64,000 nt of DNA. Origin: a virus. The number at the start of each line of letters is the position of its first letter. Within the stretch, counting starts at the first letter, position 1. Location of the stretch: IMG/VR virus record IMGVR_UViG_3300031539_000014. One strand, given 5' to 3'. The notes below the pieces were generated by a model. The model saw nothing but the letters and a program-made list of their open reading frames with translations. It was not told the DNA's origin and did not search any database. Positions 48,577-58,349 of the stretch are shown here, piece after piece. A program made the translations under genes and the position numbers.

Positions 48577-48837
48577 TTACACGGGTAAATTTAATACAAC
48601 AGTTTTTAAATCTATTTTTAACATCCAATCATCAGGCCATAAATTTTCCAATACTTCTTCGTATTGTTTGGGAGCACCGGCAGACCAGCCGTCGTTTCGT
48701 ACAAAAACTATGTCTGGTCTAGCCGAATGCAAGGCTAAAGCTTTTTCAGGAGACATTGCATCACCATGCTCATTGTATATAACACGAGTTGGGCCAGTAG
48801 TTAATAATTGGACTATTAGTTTTGTTATGTCGGTCAT
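48577..48837 (-). CDS. Hypothetical protein
   Basis: 86 aa, FVRNDGWSAGAP motif. Confidence 0.55.
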   Translation of the reverse strand: MTDITKLIVQLLTTGPTRVIYNEHGDAMSPEKALALHSARPDIVFVRNDGWSAGAPKQYEEVLENLWPDDWMLKIDLKTVVLNLPV

Positions 48838-49003
48838 TTTTTATTTACCATTTTCTGCAAAGCATTGTCAATAATATCGTTGATAAATTTGCGTTCACAT
48901 TCTAAACAAAGTGTAGTTTCTTGAGACGTAAATATACATTGTTTAATTTCTCCGCAGGTATCACATTCTGCTAGTTTTAAATTTCTTCTTTTATACATTT
49001 TAT

Positions 49004-49771
49004 TTAAAAATTTGTTCTATAATAAGCCTTGCCTACTATTGCGGGCACTAACGAATCTATTTTTACCGTATTAGAAATCATTTGAATTGTAAAATCAGGA
49101 GACATCATATAATAAAAATCAATCACAGCATAATGGATTGTATCGGCCCAGATTACTTGGTCTTGGTTATCTGTAAAAATAAATGAATGATAAACTGTTT
49201 GTATGTTATTATCCGTAATACATTTAAAAGCAATATTTGAAATATTGGACCAGTTGCCAGACTCGTCAACAGCTTTAATGGCAAAATAATATAATGTGTC
49301 CGTAAGTCCTGTTATTGTTACTGTTTGTAATGATCCTGCTGTATCTGGAATAGGAGGAGTTGCCCACACTTGAGCTGATAGCCAACTAAGTGAATCAATG
49401 AAAGGAGTTTCTCTATATCTTATATCATAGGTTGTAGCGGTGCCAACAGTAGAATCGTCTCCTGGGGCGGTCCAAGTAAGTGTTACTTCCCACAGATTTG
49501 GATTATACCAACGCAACGGTTCATTTTGTAATTCATTTATTAACGAGTCCCGATAAATTTGTGATGATTCACTAAACAATGAATCAACCATAATTTCATA
49601 AATCCATGGCCTATTATTTAATATTACTCGATAAGCTGCAGAATCAGGTAAATTTACTATGTCCCAATAAATACAAATATTGTTGTGGCTGGTTTCAACA
49701 TATTCCAGTACTGGCGGCTGTGCAAAAACACATACCGCCAATATTGAAACAAATATGATTATTTTCGCCAC
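49004..49771 (-). CDS. Secreted Fn3-domain protein
   Basis: Signal peptide; LTWTAPGDD..VGTATTYDIRY...YYFAIKAVDESGNWS. Confidence 0.8.
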   Translation of the reverse strand: MAKIIIFVSILAVCVFAQPPVLEYVETSHNNICIYWDIVNLPDSAAYRVILNNRPWIYEIMVDSLFSESSQIYRDSLINELQNEPLRWYNPNLWEVTLTWTAPGDDSTVGTATTYDIRYRETPFIDSLSWLSAQVWATPPIPDTAGSLQTVTITGLTDTLYYFAIKAVDESGNWSNISNIAFKCITDNNIQTVYHSFIFTDNQDQVIWADTIHYAVIDFYYMMSPDFTIQMISNTVKIDSLVPAIVGKAYYRTNF

Positions 49772-50130
49772 ACACCTTTACCGCAACCACCAGGAACCTG
49801 AGTATCCACTATTACTGTATCTGAAGCTGGTGACCAATCGACACTTTCATTTAATGCTAAGTCAACGGCTTTTATTCGAATATTAACAGGACCGTCTGCT
49901 GTGGCACTGAATGTGTAAAAGGTGTCGGGAGTAGTAAATTCAATTGGCCATGTCACACCGTAGTCCGTAGAAAATTGAATTCTATAGCGAAGAATATCAT
50001 TATCTCCTGGACCTGTCCAGTCGAATGTTACTTGATTATTGTTAGTAGTTCCACTTTCACCAAGTATTACCGCGGGAATCAAAAGTGTGAAAATAACTGT
50101 TAGAATTATAATTTGGGCTATTTTTTTCAT
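49759..50130 (-). CDS. Secreted Fn3-domain protein
   Basis: Signal peptide; FDWTGPGDN..YRIQFS...IRIKAVD..NES. Confidence 0.75.
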   Translation of the reverse strand: MKKIAQIIILTVIFTLLIPAVILGESGTTNNNQVTFDWTGPGDNDILRYRIQFSTDYGVTWPIEFTTPDTFYTFSATADGPVNIRIKAVDLALNESVDWSPASDTVIVDTQVPGGCGKGVWRK

Positions 50131-50146
50131 TTTTCCTTTTTTTAGT

Positions 50147-50428
50147 TTAAGGGTTAACTTTTATACCTGCCCATCCATCGAGCATATCTTTAGTTAAAAA
50201 TCTTCCAAGATCTTTGTTTTTCATCCCGGATAGTACGTTTTCCTTGATGGAAACTTTTAATAATTGTTTTGAAGGCCTATCTTTTTTTGCTTTTATCCGA
50301 GCCATAACCAGGTTGTAAATTCGTTGCACGGCTCTATTAATTTTGTTTACTTCATCGGTACGACGTGAACGGTAATTAGTATATTTGGCTTTTCTATTTG
50401 GATTAAGTCGGCGCTTTTTTCCTGCCAT
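50147..50428 (-). CDS. Basic hypothetical protein
   Basis: 93 aa, GGAG RBS. Confidence 0.5.
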   Translation of the reverse strand: MAGKKRRLNPNRKAKYTNYRSRRTDEVNKINRAVQRIYNLVMARIKAKKDRPSKQLLKVSIKENVLSGMKNKDLGRFLTKDMLDGWAGIKVNP

Positions 50429-50450
50429 TTTATCTCCTTAGTTTTTAGTA

Positions 50451-50807
50451 TTAAGTTAATAGTAACTTTCTATGTTTTACTGTTTTTGTTGTAACAACTT
50501 TCTTTTTTTGTAGATCTACTTTAGGTGTACGAAAAATTTTACCGCCAGCATAGTCAAAAGCTGATAGACCACTAAGATACCAAATTTCTTGATATTGTTT
50601 ATCAGTTGTTTTTATTTTAGCATATACAGTGCCACCTATATGGCTAGCACGTACCACATCATATTTTCTAAATTTTGATTTTCCTTTTAAATAATCTAAA
50701 GCAAAAATAGCACAATGGTCTTTATACCAGCCTTTAAATTTAGGACGAGCAACATGGCCACCAGCTATTACAAATAATCCGTCTTTGTCTTTTAATATTA
50801 TGCTCAT
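50451..50807 (-). CDS. Hypothetical protein
   Basis: 118-aa ORF; FVIAGGHVARP motif. Confidence 0.55.
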   Translation of the reverse strand: MSIILKDKDGLFVIAGGHVARPKFKGWYKDHCAIFALDYLKGKSKFRKYDVVRASHIGGTVYAKIKTTDKQYQEIWYLSGLSAFDYAGGKIFRTPKVDLQKKKVVTTKTVKHRKLLLT

Positions 50808-50812
50808 AGCAT

Positions 50813-51205
50813 TTATATAGCCGGGTTATAAATTATTCCGTGTTTTATTAACGTCAAATAGTGAGGTTCTTTCCATAACACAGTATAAGGTATTATTATG
50901 TTTGGAATATTTCCAAACTCCAATAAATTATGCATTTCTTTTGCTTTAGCTATATTTACAGAATGAATTATAACACACTCTATCTTATAATCGTGTTCAT
51001 GGTTAGCCAAAAAACGAGCTACGTGAGTACCACAATCGTTGTCGCCCAGATCTCCATCTAAGAAGATAACCTCCGGGTTATTAAGATTTATACAACTAAT
51101 AGCCTGTTTTGAAGTATACGCACTTATGACTGGATTGTCCAGAAATTTTTTTTGAAATTCTGTTTGGCGTTCTACAGAATCGTCTATTATTAAAATTGTG
51201 TTCAT
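50813..51205 (-). CDS. Cyclic-phosphate-processing receiver-like domain protein
   Basis: ILIIDDS.ER...IFLDGDLG...G..VA.FL...VIIHSVN pattern. Confidence 0.65.
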   Translation of the reverse strand: MNTILIIDDSVERQTEFQKKFLDNPVISAYTSKQAISCINLNNPEVIFLDGDLGDNDCGTHVARFLANHEHDYKIECVIIHSVNIAKAKEMHNLLEFGNIPNIIIPYTVLWKEPHYLTLIKHGIIYNPAI

Positions 51206-51209
51206 TTTG

Positions 51210-51593
51210 TTATTTATCGTAAAAAGGTGTATCTAAAGGAACTTCCATGACATGGTATATTTTAAAATGTACCGAATTATCTTTAGTAATTTTTAATTTT
51301 CCGGAGCAACGGAATTTTTTTTCTTCCCAAATTTCACCATCATCAAACTTTCTGTCATAAACAGCGAACGTTATAATCGCGAAATCAGAAATATGGTCGT
51401 AATAATTAATCTCAAACTCTGATCCATTTTTATCTACTACTCGTGATAATCCTTTTTTAATGTGTTTTTCGTACCAGAGATCAATCCCCTCATCATAATC
51501 ATCGCAACGTACACCAGGAAATTTCATGTGCATATGGCCGTCACTGAAATAAATTATTTTATTTTCGCCTTCGTGTGTTTCATATTTATCCAT
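51210..51593 (-). CDS. Hypothetical protein
   Basis: 127-aa ORF with RBS. Confidence 0.55.
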   Translation of the reverse strand: MDKYETHEGENKIIYFSDGHMHMKFPGVRCDDYDEGIDLWYEKHIKKGLSRVVDKNGSEFEINYYDHISDFAIITFAVYDRKFDDGEIWEEKKFRCSGKLKITKDNSVHFKIYHVMEVPLDTPFYDK

Positions 51594-51610
51594 TTTACTT
51601 TCCTTTTATT

Positions 51611-51682
51611 TACCCCTGGGAGGAATCGAACCCCCTTTATGGCGTTAGAAGCACCAAGCCCTATCCAGTGGACGACAGGGGC
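51611..51682 (-). tRNA. tRNA-Arg(TCT)
   Basis: Cloverleaf, CU-UCU-AA loop. Confidence 0.85.
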
Positions 51683-52182
51683 TTTATTATTTTTATTATT
51701 TTTTGTACGCTTGCTTCACCAGAGTTCAACACAGTAAAAGGGATATGATGATTTTCTAAAAGTGCTAAAATCTCATTATCTTTTTGCAGTGCTTGTTCCT
51801 CAGAATGCACTCTTCCAACAGGGTGGTACTGCGTGTGTCTTTGTAAGAAGTAGTTTAAATTCGTATACTTTTCAAATTCTTGCAATATTAGACGATGGAA
51901 CAAATGATTTTTTGTGGCGTCATAAATAGCTGATAAAAGAAGGGGGGAATCCATTAACGCAATGTCTATCTTCCCATCTAATCGTTTTAAACGATGTTGC
52001 TGCTTAGCAAACACATAAATTTGGTCTTTTAGAACTCCGTATGATTCTTCCCACACTTTATCTTTGGCATATTCCTGCACGCACTCACAATTTATTTCTT
52101 GAAACTTCAATTGCGAATATACAGCAGCCGCCATTGTTGATTTTCCTGAATCAGGGCCACCAAAGAAATTAACTACTAGCAT
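51661..52182 (-). CDS. P-loop kinase, NadR/Ttd14 AAA_28-like
   Basis: GGPDSGKST, EYAKD, DSPLLLS, GRVHSEEQA..KD. Confidence 0.75.
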   Translation of the reverse strand: MLVVNFFGGPDSGKSTMAAAVYSQLKFQEINCECVQEYAKDKVWEESYGVLKDQIYVFAKQQHRLKRLDGKIDIALMDSPLLLSAIYDATKNHLFHRLILQEFEKYTNLNYFLQRHTQYHPVGRVHSEEQALQKDNEILALLENHHIPFTVLNSGEASVQKIIKIIKPLSSTG

Positions 52183-52202
52183 AATAATATTATTGGCTAA
52201 AT

Positions 52203-52511
52203 TTAATTTATAATAGTAAACATTACATGTGTTTCAAGTGGGTCATATTGTTTCAAGAATTTATTTATTCTAAATTCTTTTAGTTTTTTTAAGGATGCTT
52301 GTAGTTCGTATTTAGTTTTGATTGATATTCTAAATTTATCTGGTTCTGGGCATTCAAATTCGTCAAGTAATTCTAAAAATATTTCAGAAGTTCGAAAATA
52401 TTTTTTTATCTCTTGATATAGATCGTTTAAAATTTTTACATATTGTTTATTTTCTTGTAAATATGTAAAAATTTTTTTATCGTTTACCAGTTTATATTTA
52501 CACAACTTCAT
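52203..52511 (-). CDS. Hypothetical protein
   Basis: 102-aa ORF. Confidence 0.45.
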   Translation of the reverse strand: MKLCKYKLVNDKKIFTYLQENKQYVKILNDLYQEIKKYFRTSEIFLELLDEFECPEPDKFRISIKTKYELQASLKKLKEFRINKFLKQYDPLETHVMFTIIN

Positions 52512-52872
52512 CCGACTTTTTTACCGCCTTAACAATTTTATGTAATTTAAGCATTATGTCCTGTCCCATAATAAAAGCTTTCTCGGCAGAAGGGTAATAA
52601 CCTCTGCCAAAATCTTTTCCAAAAACAGGATGTGAGACATTAGGTAAATTGCCATACCACAGTTCGTGAGTTTTCGGACCATAGTGGCCTAGTATGTAAC
52701 CAAGATTTTGATTAACTCGCTCTTCGGCCGGCATAGTTACAGGTTCTTTTAAATCTGGGTCTTTTTCAATAGCAAGTTCGTCAGCTAACATATCTTGATA
52801 AGCTTGTTTCATTTCTTCGGTTGTTTTAACTTTATCAATTCGATCATGATAAATTTCTCTGTATGTCTTCAT
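52498..52872 (-). CDS. Hypothetical protein
   Basis: About 124 aa from MKTYREI; NLGYILGHYG motif. Confidence 0.55.
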   Translation of the reverse strand: MKTYREIYHDRIDKVKTTEEMKQAYQDMLADELAIEKDPDLKEPVTMPAEERVNQNLGYILGHYGPKTHELWYGNLPNVSHPVFGKDFGRGYYPSAEKAFIMGQDIMLKLHKIVKAVKKSDEVV

Positions 52873-52889
52873 ATTTACTCTTTCCTCAA

Positions 52890-52961
52890 TACCCACGCCA
52901 GGAGTTAAACCCGGATTTTACGGTTCGTAGCCGAATGCCCTATTCATTGGACGACGCGGGC
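52890..52961 (-). tRNA. tRNA-Arg(ACG)
   Basis: Cloverleaf, CU-ACG-AA loop. Confidence 0.85.
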
Positions 52962-52999
52962 TTTACAAGCCTCCCTATATTTATAGGGAGGCTTGTAAA
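52962..52999. repeat. 18-bp perfect inverted repeat (terminator or processing hairpin)
   Basis: tttacaagcctccctata-tt-tatagggaggcttgtaaa between AAA stop and tRNA-Arg. Confidence 0.8.
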
Positions 53000-53006
53000 T
53001 TAATTA

Positions 53007-54368
53007 TTATTGTTTATTAAGCAGTTCCATTTGTTTAGTCATTTGGCTAGCAGATGCCTGTAAAGCTGCCGCACTTAATTTTAATTTAGTTAGCGGTTTG
53101 TCAGATAAAGAAATTTCTAAAAGTTTACCTCTTTCAACTACCTCTCTGATAACAGCGGGTTGTTGACCAATTAATATTTCGGCGACAGGATTAAAGTCTT
53201 CATTTGCCAGTAAAAGATCTTTTCCATATAGATGAATTAATTTTAAAACAGAATCTTTATTAGGCCTATCTACTATAATTACAGCGTCTAGACGACCAGG
53301 TCTAAGAAACGCTTTATGAATTTTATCCAGATAGTTAGTGGTTAAAACCGTAATTACACTGCGTCCTTTAGTTTCAATACCATCTAAAATATTTAAAACC
53401 AGGTTCATATCTTGATCTCTCTCCACATTTCCAGATTTTAGTTCTGTGGACGATGTCTTAAAATCATGGACAGCCATTAGAGGATCAATGTCCTCACAAA
53501 AAACAACAGCGGGATTATAATATTCGACAACTCTATGTGCGTCTCCGAATTCTTTGGGATCCCTAATATAAACAAAAGTAAATTTATTATCTACAGCCAC
53601 ACTGGCTACCAATGAAGCAATTAAAGATTTGCCGGCGCCATAATCTCCTGCCAATAGCACGCCGCGTTTAGTAGGAATACCAAATTTTTCGCATTCTTTG
53701 GTTCGACGAATAGGCGTTAAAAGATTTGCGATAACCTGCAACTTAACATCATGATTTAATATAATATTTTCTTCTTTAACATTAAGACCAGTCATAAATT
53801 TTATTTCGGGAAAAGGCAATAATTCACCTTCGTGATCTTTATTATCATTTCTGAATCTAACTTCAATAGCTTTACCGGAATAAATAGAATGTTTTTTAAG
53901 ACGTAACCTGGTTTTTTGTAATAAGGTTTTAACAATTTCTGAATATTTTCTTTTGACAGTTATTTGTAATAGTAAAAAAGCACCTCTGGAATCTCCACCT
54001 ATTCCTGTTTCGGCGTAACCGCCTTCCATAGAAGGTAGTGTTATTCTGCCCCAGGGAATTTGAGCTGTTTCGTCTTCTGCGACAGCCACCTGGATCATTC
54101 TGGGCGGCTTATCCCCGAAAAAGCTTGGAGTAACTGCTTGATGTACCATTCCAAATTGTTCCAACAGTGTACAATAAAAAGAAAAGGCGGCATCTAAAAC
54201 AAAATAACCTTTTATTTCTTCAGAGAAGGATACGTTTGTTTCCTCATATTTGTTTTGTTTGTGCAGGGCCTCGATAGCCTCATTATAAGACATGCCTTCT
54301 GGTATTATCAATTTTTGTCCAAATCTTTGGACGTCCACTACTGTAATTTTTTTAGTTTTGTTTTCCAT
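53007..54368 (-). CDS. AAA+ ATPase
   Basis: GDYGAGKS, FCEDID, TTNY, RPGRLD. Confidence 0.88.
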   Translation of the reverse strand: MENKTKKITVVDVQRFGQKLIIPEGMSYNEAIEALHKQNKYEETNVSFSEEIKGYFVLDAAFSFYCTLLEQFGMVHQAVTPSFFGDKPPRMIQVAVAEDETAQIPWGRITLPSMEGGYAETGIGGDSRGAFLLLQITVKRKYSEIVKTLLQKTRLRLKKHSIYSGKAIEVRFRNDNKDHEGELLPFPEIKFMTGLNVKEENIILNHDVKLQVIANLLTPIRRTKECEKFGIPTKRGVLLAGDYGAGKSLIASLVASVAVDNKFTFVYIRDPKEFGDAHRVVEYYNPAVVFCEDIDPLMAVHDFKTSSTELKSGNVERDQDMNLVLNILDGIETKGRSVITVLTTNYLDKIHKAFLRPGRLDAVIIVDRPNKDSVLKLIHLYGKDLLLANEDFNPVAEILIGQQPAVIREVVERGKLLEISLSDKPLTKLKLSAAALQASASQMTKQMELLNKQ

Positions 54369-54383
54369 ATGTTTTTCCTTTTT

Positions 54384-54662
54384 TTAATCTTCTTCTGGCC
54401 AGACAAAGTCTTCACCATATTCTTCGTCTATTTTTTTCTTGGTTACATTAATCGCAATTTCAACCGCACTGCCTGGTGTGTCATTAACTATTTTAATATA
54501 TTTATTCCAACTTATTTCGTCCATTTGAGCATACATATAATCTTGAAAACTTGCAAATCCCTGCCCAGCCAGCCACTCGGTAAATAATTTGGAAAAATCA
54601 ATTGCAATCCCGCCCTCCTTAACAGTTATTTTTACCAGTATTAAGTTCTCTTTTGGCATCAA
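54384..54662 (-). CDS. Hypothetical protein
   Basis: 92-aa ORF. Confidence 0.5.
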   Translation of the reverse strand: MMPKENLILVKITVKEGGIAIDFSKLFTEWLAGQGFASFQDYMYAQMDEISWNKYIKIVNDTPGSAVEIAINVTKKKIDEEYGEDFVWPEED

Positions 54663-54868
54663 TCTTCTCCTTTAGGTTCATGAAAAATTTCATCTTGGCA
54701 CACCTGGCAAAGTTGTGAAATATTAAACTCTTTTCTGCTTAAATCATCTCTAAAATTCTCAGTCTGAATATTGGTCGTGCCACATTTAACGCAACACTCG
54801 CCGTCTGATGTTCTGCCAAATATTAGCTTTTGTAATTCTTTTTTGTTTATATTTGTATTTGTACGCAT
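54659..54868 (-). CDS. Small Zn-finger protein
   Basis: CVKC...FRDDLSRKEFNISQLCQVCQD. Confidence 0.6.
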   Translation of the reverse strand: MRTNTNINKKELQKLIFGRTSDGECCVKCGTTNIQTENFRDDLSRKEFNISQLCQVCQDEIFHEPKGED

Positions 54869-54880
54869 TTTTATCCTCAA

Positions 54881-54963
54881 CGGAAGGAGTAGGATTTGAA
54901 CCCACGGAACTTTCATCCGACTGTTTTCAAAACAGTTCTCTTAAACCACTCGAGCATCCTTCC
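54881..54963 (-). tRNA. tRNA-Ser(TGA)
   Basis: Cloverleaf with long variable arm, UU-UGA-AA loop. Confidence 0.9.
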
Positions 54964-54970
54964 TTTTTTA

Positions 54971-56071
54971 TTATTTAAATCCTTTATTTATCTGCACTGT
55001 TTTCTTACTATTATATATTTCAGCCAAAGAAAATGTGTTAGATTCACTTTCCAGGATAAAAGGTATCTCCAATTTTTCAGATAAATTTTTAGCCTCATCA
55101 AGCGTTAAATTTCTAGTTCGCAGTATATCAAAAGTTCTGCCAGGCCTTAATAGTGCATTATCTATTTTTTGCTCTCCGTGAATATTAGTGGTTATAATTA
55201 TTTTTTTTGATCCAATGTTCAATAATCCATCTGACGCGTTAAGTAGTTTATGCATAAAATAATTATTACCCTCTATTCTGGGGGATAAATTAAAATCTAT
55301 ATCTTCTAAAATAAGTAATTGGCAATCATTATCTATGAAAGCCATAAACAGCTCATCGTGGTCATAAGCTCTTTGACTATTGGAATACATTATTTGAAAC
55401 GATTCATTATTTTTATCTGTTATACTTATGTTAGTCCTAGTTTTCCACTCAGACGCATATTTTTGTACCATGTATTTAATAAATTTAGTTTTGCCTGTTC
55501 CAGGAGGCCCTATTAATAATAGAACCGAGGCTAAGCTAGATCTGTAATTATCCAAATATTTATTTACAGATATGTCAACAAAAGGATATGCCTCATCATA
55601 TATTGTTATTGTATTATTATCATAAAAAGAGCTATAGGTGAGATCGTCTTTATGAACATAATACCATTTATATTCTATAGCTAAGCTACTGTCTGTGTGT
55701 TCTATCAATTCTTGAATTAGTTGATCCTTGATATTTTTTAAATTAGCGTCAGCGTTGTATAATATATCAAAATTTATATATAGCCCAACAGCCTGGTTCT
55801 TATTAGAAATATGTGAAACAATTATGAAATTTTTACTTTCTCCTAAAACAATTGCTCCCAATGGAGTTCTTAATATTTTTCCTATTTTGGCCGACAATAA
55901 GCTAGATGTAAGCTCATCGATAGAACCAAATTTATACCTGATTGGCAAACGTTCTAGTAAATAAAGATTATTATCGATGATGATCCTTTCAACGAACTGG
56001 GCAGATAAATAAGCTATTGGCATAGATATGCCTTCTAACCACGATATTTCGTAATTTGTTCTACACTCCAT
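54971..56071 (-). CDS. AAA+ ATPase (BCS1-like)
   Basis: GPPGTGKT, ILEDID, TTN, RPGR. Confidence 0.85.
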   Translation of the reverse strand: MECRTNYEISWLEGISMPIAYLSAQFVERIIIDNNLYLLERLPIRYKFGSIDELTSSLLSAKIGKILRTPLGAIVLGESKNFIIVSHISNKNQAVGLYINFDILYNADANLKNIKDQLIQELIEHTDSSLAIEYKWYYVHKDDLTYSSFYDNNTITIYDEAYPFVDISVNKYLDNYRSSLASVLLLIGPPGTGKTKFIKYMVQKYASEWKTRTNISITDKNNESFQIMYSNSQRAYDHDELFMAFIDNDCQLLILEDIDFNLSPRIEGNNYFMHKLLNASDGLLNIGSKKIIITTNIHGEQKIDNALLRPGRTFDILRTRNLTLDEAKNLSEKLEIPFILESESNTFSLAEIYNSKKTVQINKGFK

Positions 56072-56114
56072 AAAAATACTCCTTTATTCTTTACCATAAT
56101 AAATATAATTTTAG

Positions 56115-56155
56115 TGCCCCCTGGTAGGATTCGAACCTACGACATAACTCTTAAG
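56115..56155 (-). pseudogene. tRNA 3' half only
   Basis: GAGUU-AUGUC-GUAGG-UUCGAAU-CCUAC-CAGGGGGC; no D arm or acceptor 5' strand found. Confidence 0.65.
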
Positions 56156-56159
56156 ACAT

Positions 56160-56335
56160 TATTTCAAAAAATAAAATTTTCTCGTTATTTAGATTTTAAA
56201 TTTAATGATCGTGAAACTATTGGTCTTAAATTAGATATTTATATCCCTAGTTTAAAACTTGCTTTTGAAATTAATGGTGTTTTTCATCGCAAAAATATTT
56301 TCGGCAAACTTGCTTTTATTAATTGTTTATTGACA
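56160..56335 (+). pseudogene. PD-(D/E)XK (Hef/Vsr-like) endonuclease fragment
   Basis: LKLDIYIPSLKLAFEINGVFH motif, no own start, antisense to tRNA cluster. Confidence 0.55.
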
Positions 56336-56345
56336 AAGAGTTATA

Positions 56346-56418
56346 TTCCTCCTACAAGACTTGAACTTGTTACCCCCAAATTAAAAGTTTGGTGCTCTGC
56401 CAGATGAGCTAAGGAGGA
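56346..56418 (-). tRNA. tRNA-Lys(TTT)
   Basis: Cloverleaf, CU-UUU-AA loop. Confidence 0.9.
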
Positions 56419-56426
56419 ATTATTTT

Positions 56427-56948
56427 TTACGTTGAGGAATGAATCACCACTGTGCCGGCTAACTTTACAGACAGGCCTATGTTTGTTAGGATTAGATTAT
56501 CTATTTTTTCCAATTGAGGTCGTATTATGTTAATGCCCGCGGCAGTAGCTGCTCTACCAAACAGACAAAAATGTTTTGTCTGTTTAAATCCTTTTAATTT
56601 AAGCCTAATCGTATGCATTTCTTCGTAAGATAGCTCATGTTCGTCCTCAGTGGCATCAGGAATATATTTTATCATACTTTTAAACCGGCCTATTATTTTT
56701 AAATAGTTCACGGGCTCGCGTATAATAATATTGCCTGGTGTTTTTATACTGTTGTTTATCCTTTCAAAAATTCCTTGCCAGTCCGCTCGCTGAATGTGAT
56801 GAAAAACATTATCTATCAAAATAATGTCGTATTTATTTATTCCGATATCAAATGTTGCGGCTTCAGCTTCATAAAACGTACACCTACCGCAAACATTGTT
56901 GGTATAAGGTAATTTTTTTGCGTATCGTATTAAATCCGATGGCTTTTT
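56427..56948 (-). pseudogene. N-terminally truncated class I SAM methyltransferase-like ORF
   Basis: Frame extends upstream to a TAG at 56949-56951: YDIILIDNVFHHI...KTPGNIIIREP; motif I not found. Confidence 0.5.
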
Positions 56949-56994
56949 CTACGCGTTAATGCCGCTGGCTTTGCCCGTTATCAAACTTTTTTAT

Positions 56995-57549
56995 TTATTT
57001 TTTTTTAATTTCTTTTTTTAGTTGGGCTAAGGATTTTGGTTTAGCTTTTTGAATAACATCTTGAGCATAACCAACATCACCGCATTGATATTTTATGAAA
57101 GCCCCTCGCGATTTAGCGGCTTTTAAAGCAGTCGTATACCCTCTAATAGAGTATGATTTACCATCAATTTTAGTTGCCCAGGCAAATAAACCTGATTTTA
57201 ATTTAAAAACTCCGGTATAGCCTGATGTGTTGTTGCAACCTAATTGAAAAGTAAGATTATGTGTTGAACGACTAAGTAGCTTTATGGCCGTTTGGTCTGT
57301 AGGATTACCGGTAGAATGGTGAATAATCATCTTCATTTCGTAAGCTTCCTCCCGCTGTTCTACGTGCATATTGAACATTTCAGCTTGATGTGCATACCAA
57401 GTTTTTCTATGATAACGCCAATAAATTTCACTTCCTCTTGAACGAAGAACAATTTCTCCTCTTTCTTGCATGCCGTTAATTCGGTCTGCTGTTGCTTTTG
57501 ATACCCAATTAAAATGGGCACCATCGTTGGTTACAATTTTAGATCTCAA
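56995..57549 (-). CDS. AP2-domain protein (homing-endonuclease-associated type)
   Basis: NNTSGYTGV...AWA..DGK....GY.TALKAAK.R. Confidence 0.65.
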   Translation of the reverse strand: MRSKIVTNDGAHFNWVSKATADRINGMQERGEIVLRSRGSEIYWRYHRKTWYAHQAEMFNMHVEQREEAYEMKMIIHHSTGNPTDQTAIKLLSRSTHNLTFQLGCNNTSGYTGVFKLKSGLFAWATKIDGKSYSIRGYTTALKAAKSRGAFIKYQCGDVGYAQDVIQKAKPKSLAQLKKEIKKK

Positions 57550-57576
57550 TTTTTTTTAAAATGGTTTAATGAAAGT

Positions 57577-58233
57577 TTAATTAGTTTTCGATGAGTCCTC
57601 TTCTTTGGATGGCTCGGCGAAAAATTGAACAGAAGCAGTAAAACCGCGACCTCGATGGGCCATATAATTGTAGAGGCCGTTCACAGTTTGTCCAGAATAA
57701 TGTTTTACCCCATCTTTGGTAGAATTATAAGACATAGTATTAGCTAAATTAATATTTAGCTGCCTGGAAACATCTGATAAGTCCTGATTGCTTCCAACGT
57801 ATGTAAAAGTCCACCGACCAGTATCTGTTAGTGTTTTAATTTTGTCTGCTAAATCTTTACCTCTTATTTTTTTAGAATTATTTTCGTGACCATCGCTTAC
57901 TATGATTATTAGAAAAGCTGTTTCAGAGTCATCCTTGTCCGGCATTTCCTGAAGTCTAATTATAGCGTCGTCGACAGCGTCATATAACGCAGTTAAGCCA
58001 TCAGGCTTATAATCTTGTGGTTGTAGTTTTGATAACATATCAACCGGAGCGTTCCAAATGAACGGTATGTCTACTAGTGTTGAAAAAGTTATTAGGCCTA
58101 TTCTTGTATCCATATTGGTTGATAGGTCTTGGCAAGTTTCTACTTGCTCATTAAAAGCTCCCACAATTTCTTTTTCTAAACCTTGCATAGACCCGCTACG
58201 GTCTAAAACAAAAGTTATATAAGTTTTTATCAT
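57577..58233 (-). CDS. vWA-domain protein
   Basis: VLDRSGSM, GLTALYDAV, IVSDGHENNS, WTFTYVGSN. Confidence 0.88.
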   Translation of the reverse strand: MIKTYITFVLDRSGSMQGLEKEIVGAFNEQVETCQDLSTNMDTRIGLITFSTLVDIPFIWNAPVDMLSKLQPQDYKPDGLTALYDAVDDAIIRLQEMPDKDDSETAFLIIIVSDGHENNSKKIRGKDLADKIKTLTDTGRWTFTYVGSNQDLSDVSRQLNINLANTMSYNSTKDGVKHYSGQTVNGLYNYMAHRGRGFTASVQFFAEPSKEEDSSKTN

Positions 58234-58261
58234 TTTTTCTCTTTTATTGTTTTATGTTAGA

Positions 58262-58346
58262 CGGAAGATATAGGATTTGAACCTATGGGGCTGTTACACC
58301 CTACGAGTTAGCAACCCGTTGCTTTGGACCTCTCAGCCAATCTTCC
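58262..58346 (-). tRNA. tRNA-Ser(GCT)
   Basis: Cloverleaf with long variable arm, UU-GCU-AA loop. Confidence 0.9.
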
Positions 58347-58349
58347 TAT

